Assembly: GCA_958408685.1 (NCBI GenBank)
Contig: CATYLC010000011.1
Span: 3,704-67,703, forward strand
Source of the DNA: an uncultured Collinsella sp.
GTDB taxonomy: Bacteria; Actinomycetota; Coriobacteriia; Coriobacteriales; Coriobacteriaceae
Reading direction: 5' to 3'
Length of the DNA: 64,000 nt
Shown here: piece by piece, positions 48,849 through 58,795 of the stretch
Layout: the number at the start of each line of letters is the position of its first letter
Position numbering within the stretch: position 1 is the stretch's first letter
Made by a program: the position numbers and the translations under genes
The notes under the pieces: model-generated
Seen by the model: only the letters and a program-made list of their open reading frames with translations
Told to the model about the DNA's origin: nothing
The model's database searches: none

Positions 48849-49688
48849 ATGGGAGCCGTCCACGTTCGCACGCCTAAGAACTTTGTGCTCGAGGAGCGCC
48901 TGGAGCGCTACGCCGATGCGATTGAGACGAACCCCGAGGCCTATGCCGGAGATTGGCGTGAAGTCTGTGCGCCAGTTGGCAGCAAGCCATTCGAACACCT
49001 TCACCTGGATCTTGGCTGCGGCAAGGGAACGTACCTTGTAGAGCGCGCGGCCCACGAGCCAAACACGCTCTTTATCGGCATGGACCAAGAGCCCATCTGC
49101 ATCGCCTATGCCGCACAGAAAATCTGCGAGCATGAACTGACCAACGCACTCGTTCTGCCTCGAGGTGCCGCATCGCTGCCGCAGCTATTTGCCACAGGCG
49201 AGCTCGATGCCATCACCATCAACTTTCCCACGCCGCAGCCCAAGGCCAAGTACGCCAAAAAGCGCCTCGTCCATGTCGACCATCTGATGCTCTATCGCCC
49301 GCTCTTTGCAGCCGGCGCCACCGTAACGCTGCGAACCGACAGCAAACCGTTGCGCGATTACGCCCTGGGACAGTTTGCCGCAGCCGGCTACGATACGCTT
49401 TGGGTAAGTGACGACGTCCGCCGCGACCATCCCGAGCACCCCGAGACCGAGTACGAGTGCCGCACGCGCGAGATGGGCGCCACCGTCTATGGCATTTGCG
49501 CCACACCCGGCGCGCAGCCCAGCGATGAACAGCTCGCGGCGGGCCGCGTGCAGGAGCAAAGCCTTGCCTGCTACCTGCCCGACAACCTCGATGAGCTCAC
49601 CTATGTACCTCTGGGCATGGAAGAGGCCGTCGAGAACTTTAGAAACCGCGCCCGCAAAGGCAAGAAGCGCCTGCCGCAAGAGTCCTAG
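48849..49688 (+). CDS. trmB: tRNA (guanine46-N7)-methyltransferase
   Basis: LDLGCGKG, NFPTP, KKRL, RTD and TEYE motifs. Confidence 0.85.
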   Translation: MGAVHVRTPKNFVLEERLERYADAIETNPEAYAGDWREVCAPVGSKPFEHLHLDLGCGKGTYLVERAAHEPNTLFIGMDQEPICIAYAAQKICEHELTNALVLPRGAASLPQLFATGELDAITINFPTPQPKAKYAKKRLVHVDHLMLYRPLFAAGATVTLRTDSKPLRDYALGQFAAAGYDTLWVSDDVRRDHPEHPETEYECRTREMGATVYGICATPGAQPSDEQLAAGRVQEQSLACYLPDNLDELTYVPLGMEEAVENFRNRARKGKKRLPQES

Positions 49689-49754
49689 GGACTTCTGATG
49701 GTCGCGGCGTCGGCAAACAAGCGCGAATAGGCGCCAGCAAACAACCCTCAAAAC

Positions 49755-49877
49755 CTAAGTGAGTAGACTTTTTTGCAATAACCAAGCACAACCCGCACAA
49801 CGAAAACTAAAACCGCAGGTAGAGCTCTTGCGCAAAAGCAATGTGCTCGCGATATCGCAAAAAGTCTACTCACTTAG
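49755..49877. repeat. 123-bp palindromic element, copy 1 (solo)
   Basis: Ends CTAAGTGAGTAGACTTTTT and AAAAAGTCTACTCACTTAG; central CCGCAGGTA at 49813. Confidence 0.85.
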
Positions 49878-49998
49878 CTGGCAACTGTACCAAACGGCTG
49901 AGCTGAACGCCCATTTCCTGCATTTTCTCGCGCGCTGGCACCTCGCGCCGACGCTACGCCATAATAGTTGGCGGACAATCACGAGAGAAAGCAAACAC

Positions 49999-52680
49999 AT
50001 GGCACAGACCACGACAGATACCGCCGCCAGCACCGTCTCCGGCGCCGGCGCCGCCAGCTCGTTCTCGGGCGGCACGGGAACCGAAGCCGAATTCGGCTCG
50101 CTCGGCGCGCTCTCCCCTACCTGGTGGGAGCCCGAGGACGGCAGCGAGCCCGAACCGTGGCTTACGCCCGACCAGGCCTTCGAGCGCTTCTTTGAATGGA
50201 CGAGCGACCGCGGCATTGAGCTGTGGGATCACCAAGAAGAGGCCCTCATGGACCTGGCCGCCGGCGATCACGTCATTTTGGGCACGCCGACCGGATCGGG
50301 CAAGTCGCTCGTCGCGCTGGGCATGCTCTTTATGGGTATGGCGCAGGGCAAACGCTGTTATTACACGGCTCCTATCAAGGCTCTGGTCAGCGAGAAGTTT
50401 TTCGACCTGGTACAGGTGCTCGGCCGCGATAACGTGGGCATGATCACCGGCGACACGCATATCAACACCAAGGCGCCCGTCATCTGCTGCACGGCAGAGA
50501 TCCTTGCCAACGACGCACTGCGCGAGGGCGAAGATGCCGACGTGGGCTGCGTAGCCATGGACGAGTTCCACTACTTTGCCGACCCCGGCCGCGGTTGGGC
50601 CTGGCAGGTGCCGCTGCTCACCCTGCCCCACACGCAATTCATGCTCATGAGCGCCACGCTCGGCGATGTCACTGCCATCGCCGCCTCACTCGAGGAGCAC
50701 ACCGGCGCTGCTTGCGACTTGGTTGTCGACGCCCCGCGTCCTGTTCCGCTGAGCTACGACTATGTGACGACCTCCCTCGAGGGCACGGTCGAGCTCGCCA
50801 TGCGCCGCGGCGAGGCCCCGCTCTATATCGTGCACTTTAGCCAGGATGCCGCCCTTGCGACGGCGCAGTCGCTCGCCAATTTTGGCATCGCCAGCAAGGA
50901 GCAGCGTGAGGCCATCAAGGAAGCGGCAAAGGGAACGAGCTTCTCCACGGCCTTTGGCAAGATCCTCAAGCGCTTGCTCGGCTGCGGCGTCGGCGTGCAC
51001 CATGCTGGCATGTTGCCGCGCTATCGTCTGCTGGTCGAGCGCTTGGCGCAGCAGGGCCTACTGCCCGTCATTTGCGGCACCGACACACTCGGCGTCGGCA
51101 TCAACGTGCCCATCCATACCGTGGTGCTCACCGCGCTCACCAAGTTTGACGGCTACAAAATGCGTCGCCTGCGCGCCCGCGAGTTCCATCAGATCGCCGG
51201 TCGCGCCGGTCGCTCTGGCTTTGATACCGAGGGCATGGTCATCGCCGAGGCCCCGGAGCACGAGATCGAGAACGCCAAGCTCATGGCCAAGGCGGGCGAT
51301 GACCCCAAGAAGCTCCGCAAGATCAAAAAGAAGAAGGCCCCCGAGGGCTTTGTCACCTGGAACAAGCAGACCTTTGAGCGCCTGATCGAGACGCAGCCCG
51401 AAACGCTCAAGCCACGCCTTCGCATCACACACTCCATGGTGATTAGCGTGGTCGAGCAGGGCGGCGACGCTCGCGCCCGCGTGCACGACCTCATCGAGAC
51501 GAGCTTGCAGGCCCCCGAGGAAAAGGCCAAGCTCGAGGTTCGCGCCGACGAGATCTTCGCAACGCTCATCGACTCCGGCATCGTCGTGCGCACCGAGGTG
51601 CCGCCCGCACCCGACGCTCCGGCTGACGCCGCGCCGGACATCGACTACGCGCTGACGGTCGACCTGCCCGAGGACTTTGCCCTCGATCAGCCGCTCTCAC
51701 CGTTCTTGCTTGCCGCGTTGGAGCTGCTCGACCCCGAGAGTGAGACCTATACCATGGATCTGATCTCGATGGTCGAGGCTACGCTCGAGGATCCCAAGCA
51801 GGTGCTGCGCGCACAGGAGCGCGCAGCACGTGATCGTGCTATGGCCGAGATGAAGGCCGACGGCGTCGACTATGAGGAGCGTCTGGAGCGCATTCAGGAC
51901 GTCACCTACGAAAAGCCGCTCGAGGATTTGCTCGATGCCGCCTTTGACAAGTACTGCCAGGAAGTGCCTTGGGCAAACGACTACCAGCTCTCTCCCAAGA
52001 GTGTCCTGCGCGATATGCTGGAAAGCGCGAGCGATTTTAAGGGTTACATTCAAAAGCTCGGCATCGCCCGCTCCGAGGGCATTTTACTGCGCTACCTGGC
52101 AGAGGCCTACCGTTCACTCGACCGTACCGTGCCCATCGAGAAGCGCGACGAGCGCCTGCGCGACATTATCTCGTGGCTGGGCTTTGTGGTGCGCTCGGTG
52201 GACTCGAGCCTGGTGGACGAGTGGGAAAACGCCGGCAACCCGGCAGCCCTCGATGCTGCGCCGCCGCAGGGCATCGACGAGGTCGTGGCGGACCGCCGCG
52301 GCTGCACGCTGTTGGTGCGCAACGCACTCTTCCGCCGCGTGACCCTTGCCGCCCGCGAGCACGTTCGCGACTTGGGCGAGCTCGACGACGACTGGGGCAT
52401 GAGCGATATCCGCTGGCAAAAAGCACTCGACGCTTACCACGAGCAGCACGAGGAAATCCTCACCGACGGAGATGCCCGCAGCGCCGCGATGTTTTCCATC
52501 GACGAATCCGACGAGAAGACCGCGCACGTGTGGCACGTGCACCAGATTTTTGCCGACGAGGATGGCGACCACGACTTTGGCATCATGGGCGATGTCGACC
52601 TGGATGCCACGCAAGACGGCGGCGAGGTCATCTTCAAAAACTACCGCGTCGGCTTTATCGAGGACCTGCTCGAGGACTAG
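49999..52680 (+). CDS. Ski2/HelY-like DEAD/DEAH helicase with DUF3516
   Basis: PTGSGKS, PIKAL, DEFH, SAT, HHAG and QIAGRAGR motifs; actinobacterial DUF3516-like C-terminus. Confidence 0.9.
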   Translation: MAQTTTDTAASTVSGAGAASSFSGGTGTEAEFGSLGALSPTWWEPEDGSEPEPWLTPDQAFERFFEWTSDRGIELWDHQEEALMDLAAGDHVILGTPTGSGKSLVALGMLFMGMAQGKRCYYTAPIKALVSEKFFDLVQVLGRDNVGMITGDTHINTKAPVICCTAEILANDALREGEDADVGCVAMDEFHYFADPGRGWAWQVPLLTLPHTQFMLMSATLGDVTAIAASLEEHTGAACDLVVDAPRPVPLSYDYVTTSLEGTVELAMRRGEAPLYIVHFSQDAALATAQSLANFGIASKEQREAIKEAAKGTSFSTAFGKILKRLLGCGVGVHHAGMLPRYRLLVERLAQQGLLPVICGTDTLGVGINVPIHTVVLTALTKFDGYKMRRLRAREFHQIAGRAGRSGFDTEGMVIAEAPEHEIENAKLMAKAGDDPKKLRKIKKKKAPEGFVTWNKQTFERLIETQPETLKPRLRITHSMVISVVEQGGDARARVHDLIETSLQAPEEKAKLEVRADEIFATLIDSGIVVRTEVPPAPDAPADAAPDIDYALTVDLPEDFALDQPLSPFLLAALELLDPESETYTMDLISMVEATLEDPKQVLRAQERAARDRAMAEMKADGVDYEERLERIQDVTYEKPLEDLLDAAFDKYCQEVPWANDYQLSPKSVLRDMLESASDFKGYIQKLGIARSEGILLRYLAEAYRSLDRTVPIEKRDERLRDIISWLGFVVRSVDSSLVDEWENAGNPAALDAAPPQGIDEVVADRRGCTLLVRNALFRRVTLAAREHVRDLGELDDDWGMSDIRWQKALDAYHEQHEEILTDGDARSAAMFSIDESDEKTAHVWHVHQIFADEDGDHDFGIMGDVDLDATQDGGEVIFKNYRVGFIEDLLED

Positions 52681-52702
52681 CCGGGCACAATGGAACGAAA
52701 CG

Positions 52703-52742
52703 AAGCGGGGCCGCTGGCAACATCGCCAGCGGCCCCGCTTTT
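52703..52742. terminator. Terminator between convergent genes
   Basis: AAGCGGGGCCGCTGGC-loop-GCCAGCGGCCCCGCTTTT. Confidence 0.8.
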
Positions 52743-52759
52743 GCACTATATGCTATGCC

Positions 52760-54517
52760 TTACTCGGCATCCTCGACCTCATACGAATCTGCCTCGGCTG
52801 GCTCATCGTTTGTCTCTGTCGCAGTCCCACGTGCCTCGTCAAACGCCGCCTTCATGGTCTTGTTGCCCCACGTGAGCTTGCGAATGGTAAGCTCATCGGC
52901 CTTGTTGTGGGCCAGACGCAGATTCTCGGTACTGCGACGCAGATCATCCTTGGTCTTCTCGAGCTGCTTAATGGCAGCATCAATCTCCTTGATTGCCGAC
53001 TCGAACTGCTTGCTCGCCAAGTTGTAGTTGCGCGAGAAGCCGTCCTTGAACTTCTCCATCTTGGCTTCGAAGTTCGTGACGTCGATATTCTGCTGCTTGT
53101 ACTCCGCTAGCTCCTGCTTATAGCGCAGCGAACCCATGGCGGCGTTGCGCAGCAGCGTAATCATGGGAATGAAAAACTGTGGGCGAATCACGTACATTTT
53201 CTCATAGCGGTAACTCACGTCGACGATACCCGCGTTATAGAGCTCGCTCTCGGGCTCCAGCAACGTGCAGAGCACCGCGTACTCACAGCCTTTCTGGCGA
53301 CGATCGTGATCGAGTTTCTTAAAGAAGTCCTCGTTTTTATGCTTGGTCGCAGTCTCGTCGTTCTCGTTTTTCATCTCGAACATAATCGAAATGACCTCGT
53401 TGCCGCTCGCGTCGCACTCGCAGAAAATGAAGTCGCCCTTGGTGCCCTCGGACGCATCGTTGTCCTTCTCGAAGTACGCGTTAGGAAACGCCGTCATGCG
53501 CAGACGGTTAAACTCGGTCTCGCAGTGCTGCTCGAGCGACTCGCCCACCATCTTGGTGGACAGGCGAACCTTCATGTCCTTAAGGCGCTCGATCTCTTCA
53601 TCCTTGTAGCGAATCAGGTCATCGCTCGCGCGCTTGGCCTGCGCGAGCTCGAGCTCGTGTGCCGCCTTGGCCTGTTCCTCGCGAGAATCGCGCACCGCCA
53701 GCTCGCTCGTCAGCTTGGCACGTGCCTCATCGCGCTCTCGCTCCGCCGCGGCGACCGCCTCTGACAGGTTCATTTTTGCCATCAGTTCCTGCTCGCGCAG
53801 CTGGGCACGCAGACCCTCGGCCTCTTGCTCAGACTGAGCCCTTGCGGCGGAAAACTTCTCTTGTACCTTCGCGCGATAGTCAGCAAGCGCGCGCTCGGCC
53901 TCGCTGCGAGCGGCATCGAGCTCGCGCTGCGACTCGGCCGCAGCAGCAGCAAGCGCCATCTCCTGGGCCTTGTCCGCCGCGGCAAGTCTGGCCTGCAGCT
54001 CGGCAATCTGAGCATCACGTGCAGCTAAATCGTTTTGAGCAGCGTTGCGCGCCGCCGACTCGGCAAGCTTTACTTCGTCATCTTTGCGCCCAAGCTGCGC
54101 ACGCAGGCTATCAATCTCACGCTGGAGTTCGGCATTTTCCTTTTGAGCATTGGCTCGCGCCTCTACCGCCGCGCGCTGGCTTGCACTCTCGCGCTCTGCG
54201 GCAGCGCCCTCGAGCTTAGCGCGCAGCTCGGCAAGCTCAGCATCGCGCTTGGCAACCTCTTGCGCCAGCTGCTGAACCGCAGCGTTCTTCTGCTCAACGA
54301 GCTGAGCGTTGCGCTGAGACTCTGCCTCCTGCAAAGCAGCCGTCGAACGCGAGCGCTCAAGCTCCAGCGCCTGCTCGCCCTCGCGCTGGACTGCCTTCAC
54401 ACGCTCATCCAGGTCGCGCGAAAACTCGGCATCACGCACTTGCTTGACAATATCCGCATAGCCAGACGCATCGACCTTAAAGACTTCGCCACAATGCGGG
54501 CACCTGATCTCATTCAT
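52760..54517 (-). CDS. DUF2130 family coiled-coil protein
   Basis: N-terminal CPHCG, long coiled coil, then STKMVGESLE, KGDFIF, FEMKNE and VIRPQFF. Confidence 0.88.
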   Translation of the reverse strand: MNEIRCPHCGEVFKVDASGYADIVKQVRDAEFSRDLDERVKAVQREGEQALELERSRSTAALQEAESQRNAQLVEQKNAAVQQLAQEVAKRDAELAELRAKLEGAAAERESASQRAAVEARANAQKENAELQREIDSLRAQLGRKDDEVKLAESAARNAAQNDLAARDAQIAELQARLAAADKAQEMALAAAAAESQRELDAARSEAERALADYRAKVQEKFSAARAQSEQEAEGLRAQLREQELMAKMNLSEAVAAAERERDEARAKLTSELAVRDSREEQAKAAHELELAQAKRASDDLIRYKDEEIERLKDMKVRLSTKMVGESLEQHCETEFNRLRMTAFPNAYFEKDNDASEGTKGDFIFCECDASGNEVISIMFEMKNENDETATKHKNEDFFKKLDHDRRQKGCEYAVLCTLLEPESELYNAGIVDVSYRYEKMYVIRPQFFIPMITLLRNAAMGSLRYKQELAEYKQQNIDVTNFEAKMEKFKDGFSRNYNLASKQFESAIKEIDAAIKQLEKTKDDLRRSTENLRLAHNKADELTIRKLTWGNKTMKAAFDEARGTATETNDEPAEADSYEVEDAE

Positions 54518-54575
54518 AGCAGCTCCTCGATGGACGCAAATTTCAACCGCCTACACTCTACCGCGCCGCACGGAC

Positions 54576-54610
54576 AAAAAAGGCGCCGCCGCCATAATGG
54601 CGACGGCGCC
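54576..54610 (-). terminator. Terminator after the metallophosphoesterase gene
   Basis: AAAAAAGGCGCCGCCGCCA-loop-TGGCGACGGCGCC. Confidence 0.7.
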
Positions 54611-54670
54611 AGAACCACCACAAAGGCGCACTGTGTCCCCTTTGTGGTGGTTTGTGTGGTGGTTCGAGCA

Positions 54671-55231
54671 TTACAGTCCAAAGAAGCCCAGGATTTGATC
54701 CCGACTTACGGGCTTGTACTTGTTGGCATCGAGACCGACATCGTAGCGAAAGATAGGGCGTTCGCGGTCGCGGTTGCGCACGTTGGTGCGGTCTCCTCTG
54801 CTGTGGATATGCCCGTGTAGCATGATGGCGCCACGCGCCTTACCATTCCAGCTGAGCATGGGGTAATGGCTCATCACCAGACGATGGCCCTTGGCATAGC
54901 CGGGAGCAATCTCCAGGTAATCGCGCACGTCTTCCCAAATCTGCGGGGCGTCGGGAACTTCCCAGTCGCCGTCATGGTTACCGCGGATGAGCGTCACATT
55001 CTTGCATTCGATACGCTCGCGCAGGCGCGCCGCCTCCGCCAGGGGCAAACGATAGGTAAAGTCTCCCAAGATATAGAGGCGGTCGTCCACAGCCACGCAC
55101 TCATTGATGGCATCGATGACCCTGCGGTTCATCTCCTCGACCGAATCAAACGGCCGATCCATGTCGTGCAAGATATTCGTATCGCCCAGGTGCAGGTCGG
55201 CGGTAAACCACATCATCGTCTGTGTCCTCAT
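54671..55231 (-). CDS. Calcineurin-like metallophosphoesterase
   Basis: ADLH, LGD, GNHD, SHYP, HGHIH and DVGLD motifs. Confidence 0.9.
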   Translation of the reverse strand: MRTQTMMWFTADLHLGDTNILHDMDRPFDSVEEMNRRVIDAINECVAVDDRLYILGDFTYRLPLAEAARLRERIECKNVTLIRGNHDGDWEVPDAPQIWEDVRDYLEIAPGYAKGHRLVMSHYPMLSWNGKARGAIMLHGHIHSRGDRTNVRNRDRERPIFRYDVGLDANKYKPVSRDQILGFFGL

Positions 55232-55282
55232 TTCGCAACGCGTCTAACACGTGCCTAGTATACAGACGCTCTGGCGCGTCGG

Positions 55283-55462
55283 TTAGCCAAAGAGCCCGCC
55301 GAACAGACCTCGACGGCGTTTGTCTTGCTTTTTCGAAGCGTCACCCTGAGTTTTCTTGCCCTGCCGTTTCCTACGATCCTGCTCCAACTCATCGTCATCG
55401 AGTAGCAGATCCCACTCAAACGAATCGTCTGTCAGATTGAATAGGTCGTCGTCATCAAACAT
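55283..55462 (-). CDS. 59-aa acidic/basic small protein (absent from the ORF track)
   Basis: GGGAGG RBS; MFDDDDLFNLTDDSFEWDLLLDDDELEQDRRKRQGKKTQGDASKKQDKRRRGLFGGLFG*. Confidence 0.6.
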   Translation of the reverse strand: MFDDDDLFNLTDDSFEWDLLLDDDELEQDRRKRQGKKTQGDASKKQDKRRRGLFGGLFG

Positions 55463-55480
55463 GGCCGCCTCCCTTGCCGA

Positions 55481-55807
55481 CTAACGAGCATCCACCACAT
55501 AGAGGCCAACGCGCACCTGGTGCCACGGGCTGCGCTCGGGAGCAACCTGTTGCACGCGAGCCTCAAATACGTCCTCGTGGCCGTAATACATCATCAAGGA
55601 CAGTGGGCCGACCTCGTTTCCCGGAACATAGCCAAGCTTGGTGTTGCCGTAATAAATCGCAACCGCCTCAGGGTCATGGGGATTATCGCGCTCGGCACAC
55701 AGCGTCAGCTTATCGCCCGCTTTAAGATCGCCCAAGACCAAGGCGCCATCGGCATACTGAAATCCTGCAATGTGAAATGACAGAAGAACACGCGAAGGCT
55801 CGTACAT
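55481..55807 (-). CDS. Stand-alone HIRAN domain protein
   Basis: IAGFQY, ERDNPHDPEAV and LGYVP motifs; GAGGAG RBS. Confidence 0.88.
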   Translation of the reverse strand: MYEPSRVLLSFHIAGFQYADGALVLGDLKAGDKLTLCAERDNPHDPEAVAIYYGNTKLGYVPGNEVGPLSLMMYYGHEDVFEARVQQVAPERSPWHQVRVGLYVVDAR

Positions 55808-55930
55808 AGCAGCTCCTCTAACAACCGGATAAATCGGCGCTTAACCGTACTGAGAAGCTTACGGGCCCGTGCGGACACGAATTCGCCCCACCCGCGCCTT
55901 TTCGACCGTTTGTCGCTACACCATCTGATT

Positions 55931-57310
55931 CTAATGCACAAACATGCGCACGAACTTGTGCTTCCAGCTTGCGTAAGGAGCATAGCGGAATGGCACGTCC
56001 AGCCACGTTGCCTTGTTCACGATGCTCTTCTTGTGGCTAAACGTATCGAAGCTCTCGCGTCCATGGTACTGCCCCATACCGCTCGCGCCCATGCCGCCAA
56101 AGCCCATATGGCTCGTAGCCAAGTGCATGATCGTGTCGTTGACACAGCCACCGCCAAAGGGCACGTAACGCACGAAGCGCTGCTGAACTGCGCGATCCTG
56201 ACTAAAGATATACAGGGCCAGCGGCGTCGGACGATCCGTAATAAACGCTTCGGCCTCGTCTAGGCTCTCAAACGTCAGCACCGGCAAGATGGGACCGAAG
56301 ATCTCCTCCTGCATCACGGCGTCATCGGGGGTCACGCCGTCCAAAATCGTCGGCTCAATCTTGAGCGATGACTCGCGCGCCGTGCCTCCCAGCACGACCT
56401 TATCGGGATCGATCAGCCCGCGCACGCGCGCAAAATGCTTAGCATTGACGATATGCCCGCAATCCTCGTTATCGAGCGGATGCTCGCCAAACATACGGCG
56501 GACCTCTTCCTTGATGAGGCCCAGCAGCTCGTCGTGCACGCGCGTATCGACCAGCAGGTAGTCGGGCGCCACGCAGGTCTGCCCCACGTTGAGCCATTTG
56601 CCAAAGGCGATACGCCGTGCCGCGACCTTCAAATTTGCCGTCGCATCCACGATGCAGGGGCTCTTTCCGCCCAGCTCAAGCGTCACGGGCGTAAGGTTTT
56701 TACTTGCGCGCTCCATGACGAGTTTGCCGACCGGAACGCTACCGGTAAAGAAGATCTTGTCCCAGCACTCATCGAGCAGCGCTTCGTTTTCGGCGCGCCC
56801 GCCCTCGACAACCGTCACCAGGCACGGATCAAATGCCTCTTCACAGATTTGCTTGAGCACCGCGCTCGATGCCGGAGCATAGGCACTCGGCTTGATGACC
56901 ACGGTATTGCCCGCGGCAAGGGCGCCGGCGAGCGGCTCGAGTGTTAGCAAAAACGGGTAGTTCCACGGAGCCATGATGAGCGTGACGCCATAGGGCACGG
57001 CTTGCGTTTTGCACACGCTCACGGCGTTAGCGAGATCGCACGGACGCAGGCGCGGACGACTCCATCGAGCCACGTGAGCGATCTGATGTCGAATCTCGGA
57101 AAGCGACGTACCAATCTCGCACATATAGGCCTCGTCATGCGACTTCCCCAAATCGGTCTTGAGCGCATGGGCGATATCGGCCTCGTGGGCCCGCACCGCA
57201 TCGCGTAAACTCACGAGCGCGCGACGTCGAGCATCGACATCAAACGTGGCGTGCGTCTTAAAGTAGGCGCGCTGATCGCCGACGATGCGCGCAATTTCCT
57301 CGGTGTTCAT
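55931..57310 (-). CDS. Aldehyde dehydrogenase (ALDH3-like)
   Basis: PWNYP, FFTGS, LELGGKSP, GQTCVAPD and EEIFGP motifs. Confidence 0.93.
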   Translation of the reverse strand: MNTEEIARIVGDQRAYFKTHATFDVDARRRALVSLRDAVRAHEADIAHALKTDLGKSHDEAYMCEIGTSLSEIRHQIAHVARWSRPRLRPCDLANAVSVCKTQAVPYGVTLIMAPWNYPFLLTLEPLAGALAAGNTVVIKPSAYAPASSAVLKQICEEAFDPCLVTVVEGGRAENEALLDECWDKIFFTGSVPVGKLVMERASKNLTPVTLELGGKSPCIVDATANLKVAARRIAFGKWLNVGQTCVAPDYLLVDTRVHDELLGLIKEEVRRMFGEHPLDNEDCGHIVNAKHFARVRGLIDPDKVVLGGTARESSLKIEPTILDGVTPDDAVMQEEIFGPILPVLTFESLDEAEAFITDRPTPLALYIFSQDRAVQQRFVRYVPFGGGCVNDTIMHLATSHMGFGGMGASGMGQYHGRESFDTFSHKKSIVNKATWLDVPFRYAPYASWKHKFVRMFVH

Positions 57311-57318
57311 GGACCCTC

Positions 57319-58539
57319 CTAGTTCTCGTCCTCAAACATACCACCCGCGACGACCTCGTACATATGCTCGAGCTCCAATCGGGCCATCAAAAGCGGAACG
57401 GGGTACAGCGGATTGGCCTCGGCATCGGCATGTGCCGCCATCTGCGGAATGTCGGAGCGGCGAATGCCCGCCACATATTTGGGAATGTCCAAGGCGGCGT
57501 TCATTCGATCGACCCAATCGATAAAGACCTCGGCCGCCAGGCTGTCCTGCGCGGTCACCGGCGCGATGCCGGCCATGCGGGCGAGATCGGCGAGCTTAGG
57601 AGCAGCAGCTTCGCCATAGGCGCGAAGCATATGCGGCAGGATGATAGCGTTGGCCAAGCCGTGCGGAATCCCGTAACGCCCGCCCAGGCTGTGTGCGATG
57701 GCATGAACGTATCCAACATAGGAGCGCGTAAAGGCAACACCCGCCTTATACGCCGCCGAAAGCATATTCCGACGCGCACGCATGTCGTCGCCATGTTCAT
57801 AGGCCTCGAGCAAATTGTCGTGGATGAGCTGCACCGCCTGTCGCGCCATCTTGCGCGTATAGGGCGTAGTACTTCGCCCGATAAACGCCTCGACGGCATG
57901 CGTCAGGGCGTCCATGCCCGTCTGCCCCGTAATGGAGGCGGGCAGACCGCGCGTAAACTCGGGGTCGTGCACCGCAAAGCGCGGGATAAGCACAAAGTCG
58001 TTAATGGGGTACTTGTAGTGCGTCTCGTCATCGGTAATTACCGCCGCAAGCGTGACCTCGCTTCCCGTGCCTGCCGTGGTGGGAACGGCGATGAGCAGCG
58101 GCAGACGACGATGAATCCGCAGCAGCCCGCGCATCTTGTTGATGGGCTTGTTTGGCTGCGCGATACGTGCTCCCACGCCCTTGGCACAGTCCATGGCCGA
58201 GCCACCGCCAAAGCCGATAATGGCCTGGCAGGCGCGCTCTCGATACAGGGACGCCGCTTCTTCCACGTTTGAGACCGTGGGGTTCGCACGCGTTTCGGCA
58301 TAGACCGTAACGCCAATCCCCTGAGCCGTAAGCGCACGCTCGAGTGATGCCGTGAGCCCCAAACGTGCAATACCAGGGTCTGTCACGATAAGGACCTTCT
58401 GGATCGAGCGCTTTTGAAGCACCGCGGGCACATCCTCAGCATGCTCCAGAATGCGTGGCTCGGTATAGGGCAGCACCGGCAATGCGATGCGAAAAACCGT
58501 TTGATACGTTCGGCACCAGGCGCGGCGGGCTAGATGCAT
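57319..58539 (-). CDS. Iron-containing alcohol dehydrogenase
   Basis: GGGSAMD, PTTAGTGSE, DALTHAVE, HAIAH and PHG motifs. Confidence 0.92.
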   Translation of the reverse strand: MHLARRAWCRTYQTVFRIALPVLPYTEPRILEHAEDVPAVLQKRSIQKVLIVTDPGIARLGLTASLERALTAQGIGVTVYAETRANPTVSNVEEAASLYRERACQAIIGFGGGSAMDCAKGVGARIAQPNKPINKMRGLLRIHRRLPLLIAVPTTAGTGSEVTLAAVITDDETHYKYPINDFVLIPRFAVHDPEFTRGLPASITGQTGMDALTHAVEAFIGRSTTPYTRKMARQAVQLIHDNLLEAYEHGDDMRARRNMLSAAYKAGVAFTRSYVGYVHAIAHSLGGRYGIPHGLANAIILPHMLRAYGEAAAPKLADLARMAGIAPVTAQDSLAAEVFIDWVDRMNAALDIPKYVAGIRRSDIPQMAAHADAEANPLYPVPLLMARLELEHMYEVVAGGMFEDEN

Positions 58540-58659
58540 AAAGGAAACTCCCTCATTTGTTGATTGGTCAACATTTGCTCGACCGATTGTACTCAGCGGC
58601 GGTCAAAGACGGCCTGCCAATCGTTAATCAATCAACATCTTCATATCTCAAAATTGTTT

Positions 58660-58680
58660 TATTAAAAATCATTCCTAATA
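58660..58680 (+). promoter_or_regulatory. Candidate Fur/PerR-family operator upstream of reverse rubrerythrin
   Basis: Imperfect palindrome TATTAAAAAT-C-ATTCCTAATA with an AATnATT core. Confidence 0.45.
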
Positions 58681-58795
58681 GGCTTCACATTTGGTTGCAT
58701 TTATGGATAATAGAACCCGTCAAGACGCACGTCCGGAGAGGGCCCTTACGGGACCGGACGAGCGCGCCATCGCCATCGATCGAAAGGATCGAATC

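Noticed and set aside
49759..49998. 80-aa N-terminal extension of the DUF3516 helicase in the ORF track
   Set aside because: It runs through the 123-bp repeat and promoter; the ATG at 49999 with a GAGAGAAAG RBS is more plausible.
53600..54400. Quasi-repetitive sequence in the DUF2130 gene
   Set aside because: Explained by Ala/Glu/Gln/Arg-rich coiled-coil coding; not a DNA repeat element.
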